A DNA stretch of 63,134 nucleotides, filler included, from Octopus bimaculoides (taxonomy: Eukaryota), in assembly GCF_001194135.2 (NCBI RefSeq). It is 8 parts of 5 records of this genome, joined end to end, with 100 filler letters (N's around TTAATTAATTAA, not from the genome) between each part and the next. Parts side by side here need not be neighbours in the genome. Positions count along the whole stretch, not along the records: positions 57,460 to 60,814 come from NC_068986.1; positions 60,915 to 63,134 come from NC_068983.1; 6 more parts are not named here. One strand, 5' to 3'. The position numbers and the translations under genes were made by a program. The notes under the pieces are model-generated. The model did not search any database and was not told where the DNA came from. It saw only the letters and a list, made by a program, of their open reading frames with translations. Shown here piece after piece: positions 60,274-63,134 of the stretch (position 1 is its first letter; each line of letters begins with the position of its first letter).

Positions 60274-60699
60274 CCATTGATAAAACAGAAGATAGATTTT
60301 TGCTGTTTGGTTATGGGGGCCGTGGTCTTGAATCTCTATGGTCTCCTAATATATTGTGCTAGAGTTGTTGTTAGTATTATTTTGCATAATGGAATATATC
60401 TATTGCTCATTTAAAAGCAGTCATAATATTTATTTGCTGAACACTGAAGTGGTGGCTTACAATATTATATAACATATTAACAGCAATTATGTACTCCACG
60501 AAGTAATTTGCCGAAACTTGCGTATGTTTTTGAAAGTAGTTAATGCCATAATATGTTTCTTTATCTTATTTATGTTATCACGCTAGGTGATGCCACGGTT
60601 TGGCGACTTAAGTCGCACGTCACTGCATATAGTAGTCGAATATGGCACCCAAACGTTGTGTTACTCTTCACAGTTCATGTATTCTGTAAACATGAATAA

Positions 60700-60778
<79 letters not shown>

Positions 60779-61049
60779 GATGAGTATGTATGTATATATA
60801 TATATATATATATANNNNNNNNNNNNNNNNNNNNNNNNNNNNNNNNNNNNNNNNNNNNTTAATTAATTAANNNNNNNNNNNNNNNNNNNNNNNNNNNNNN
60901 NNNNNNNNNNNNNNATATATGGAGAGGGCTAAATACACGAAACGTTAGAAATTTTCGCTACTCGTAACAAATCGACTCATCTGAACACATTTCTTCGCCT
61001 ATGAATATAAAGAAGTAAATGATTGAAATTGTTTAGCTTTATATTTCAG

Positions 61050-61300
61050 CATCTACCAAAAAATGTTCGTGTTATGTTTCTGGAGATCCTCATTACTACA
61101 CATATGATGGCCAAGTCATTCATTTCATGGGAACATGCAAGTATATTCTTTCGACTAACAAGCCAGGCAGCAATTTGACTTACTTCTCGGTGGAAGTAAA
61201 AAACGAACATCGTGGCAACACAAGGGTATCTTATACGCGTATGGTAGATCTGCAGCTGAAAGGCGTTACAGTCCGGTTACTGCCTCGCAACAAAATTCTG
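61050..61300 (+). CDS. Internal exon, N-terminal half of a VWD domain (zonadhesin/FCGBP/mucin-like secreted protein)
   Basis: tttcag acceptor and gtaaga donor; STKKCSCYVSGDPHYYTYDGQVIHFMGTCKYILS..FSVEVKNEHRGNTRVSYTR has the VWD C..GDPH..YDG...F.GTC.Y.L signature. Phase 1 in, phase 0 out. Confidence 0.93.
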
Positions 61301-61327
61301 GTAAGAATAAAATTTTGTGTGTGTGTG

Positions 61328-61381
<54 letters not shown>

Positions 61382-61594
61382 NNNNNNNNNNNNNNNNNNN
61401 NNNNNNNNNNNNNNNNNNNNNNNNNNNNNNNNNNNNNNNNNNNNNNNNNNNNNNNNNNNNNNNNNNNNNNNNNNNNNNNNNNNNNNNNNNNNNNNNNNNN
61501 NNNNNNNNNNNNNNNNNNNNNNNNNNNNNNNNNNNNNNNNNNNNNNNNNNNNNNNNNNNNNNNNNNNNNNNNNNNNNNNNNNNNNNNNNNNNNN

Positions 61595-61656
<62 letters not shown>

Positions 61657-62000
61657 GGTTATTGATTAGAGACAGGTATTCTCTGTATAGAATACACTTC
61701 GTAGTGCTCAAGAGATTTGTACTTGAGGAGGTAGAGGAGTAAATGTAAGGACAAGCAAGTTAGGCGATTCGATCTACAAAAAAATATTAAATACACTAGA
61801 AGAAAATTATGCATGTTGATATAATGCATAAATTATAAAGAAAATCGACAATATGCATAAGAATTGAACAAAGACTCTGTTGTATTTTATTCTGTAATAT
61901 GTATATCATTATTAATTGGCTTCGTGCACTCTAACCTAATCCTAAACAAACCTGTTGTATCGTATTGATTTCAAGTTTATTACTGTTATATATATTTCAG

Positions 62001-62305
62001 GTCAATTCGATTAAAGTGAATTTGCCAATCGATGACTATTTGGGATTTTCTGCATATTATTCGGCCGGCACGATAACTGTTACAACAAAATGGGGCCTGT
62101 TTTTAAGATTTGATGGTAATCACTGGGTTCATTTGAACCTACCTGGACGTTTTGCCAACGAACTAATAGGTATTTGTGGTGACTGCAATGGAATCAAGGA
62201 CGATTTCAAAACAAAAGCTGGAGAAGATGTGTCTAATCGAAAAAATAAATATACCATCATTGGAGATAGTTACCAAGTTTGTGATGACTCTGACAAACCT
62301 GAAAA
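62001..62305 (+). CDS. Internal exon, C-terminal half of the VWD domain
   Basis: tttcag acceptor and gtaagc donor; in frame with the previous exon; VTTKWGLFLRFDGNHWVHLNLPGRFANELIGICGDCNGIKDDF matches the VWD FDG...GLCG.FNG..DD pattern. Phase 2 out. Confidence 0.93.
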
Positions 62306-62429
62306 GTAAGCAAAAAATTACATTACGTTCATTTGTGCAGTACTACCAAACAAAATTGCTTCAAAGACATATACATAGGCTGTGTGGTTTAAAAGTTTGC
62401 TTCACAGGCTCGTTGATTCGAGATCGGAT

Positions 62430-62538
62430 TCGGGTTTGAGTTCAGTCACAACGCACGACTCTTGGGCAACCGTTTTCTGCTATAGCGTTGTGTGTGAAAT
62501 TTTTGACTCGAGACCATGTGAATCTCATCAGGTCTGTG

Positions 62539-62600
<62 letters not shown>

Positions 62601-62795
62601 CGTGTGTGCGTGTGTGAGTGACTGTTTTTGCTTCTGTCCTCACTGCATGACAACCGGTGTCGGTTTGTCTTTGCTCTCGTAACTTAGCTTTTCACAAAAG
62701 ATTTGGATCAAATGACTACCATACATTACAAAAAATAAGTACTGGAATCGATTTGATCAACTAAAATATTCAATGTGGTGCTCCAGCATGGCCGT
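62430..62795 (+). mobile_element. Diverged family A-related SINE with internal (GATA)n
   Basis: ttgagttcagtc head remnant, tgacaaccggtgtcggtttg and gtggtgctccagcatggccg tail blocks. Confidence 0.65.
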
Positions 62796-62952
62796 TTAAG
62801 TTTTCTTTAAGATTCAACAGAATCAGACTCCCTTTTTAACATAAAATGAAAAACTGACAAATGATGGCAATTTGAATATATTATATAAAACTGTATTAAC
62901 ACAAAATGCAGCCGTAAGAGATTTTCCTACTGTCTACTCTCTCTCTCTCTCT

Positions 62953-63134
62953 CTTTACTCTTTTACTTGTTTCAGTCATTTGACTGCGGCCATGCCGGAG
63001 CACCGCCTTTGTAGTCGAGAAATTCGACCCCAGGACTTATTCTTTGTAAGCCTAGTACTTATTCTATCGGTTTCTTTTTGCCGAACCGCTAAGTTACGGG
63101 GACCTAGACACACCAGCATTGGTTGTCAAGCAAT
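62953..63134 (-). mobile_element. Family A SINE 3' half (runs off the window end)
   Basis: tttactcttttacttgtttcagtcatttgactgcggccatg...gacttattctttgtaagcctagtacttattctatcgg. Confidence 0.9.

Noticed and set aside
60495-60530. ccacgaagtaatttgccgaaacttgcgta hammerhead-like spacing
   Set aside because: Core mismatched and neither stem II nor stem I pairs convincingly.

Overview
AT-rich, microsatellite-saturated eukaryotic (metazoan) DNA with about 8 kb (~13%) of N gaps. The SINE families, as I recall them, point to an octopod cephalopod; this is inference, not a database result. Seven 100-bp spacers (44N-TTAATTAATTAA-44N) show the window is a patchwork of joined scaffolds, so adjacency across them is uncertain. 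The only well-supported host coding sequence is two in-frame + strand exons (61050-61300, 62001-62305) encoding a von Willebrand factor type D (VWD) domain of a zonadhesin/FCGBP/mucin-like protein. The rest is mostly mobile-element debris: an internally deleted Penelope-like element with direct pseudo-LTRs (796-4432), L1/Tx1, R4/Dong-like and RTE LINE fragments, a near full-length maT-like Tc1/mariner with both TIRs, hAT and mariner MITEs, several long fold-back elements and many tRNA-derived SINEs. The most interesting signal is five hammerhead-ribozyme-like motifs of three unrelated sequence types: one in each pseudo-LTR, a solo minus-strand motif at 27589-27667, and a pair whose predicted cleavage sites are 344 nt apart at 45.55-45.96 kb (retrozyme-like, could release a small or circular RNA). 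There is also a possible decayed three-exon gene with very short introns at 56118-56799 (-). Most ORFs in the supplied track are microsatellite or N-gap artefacts.
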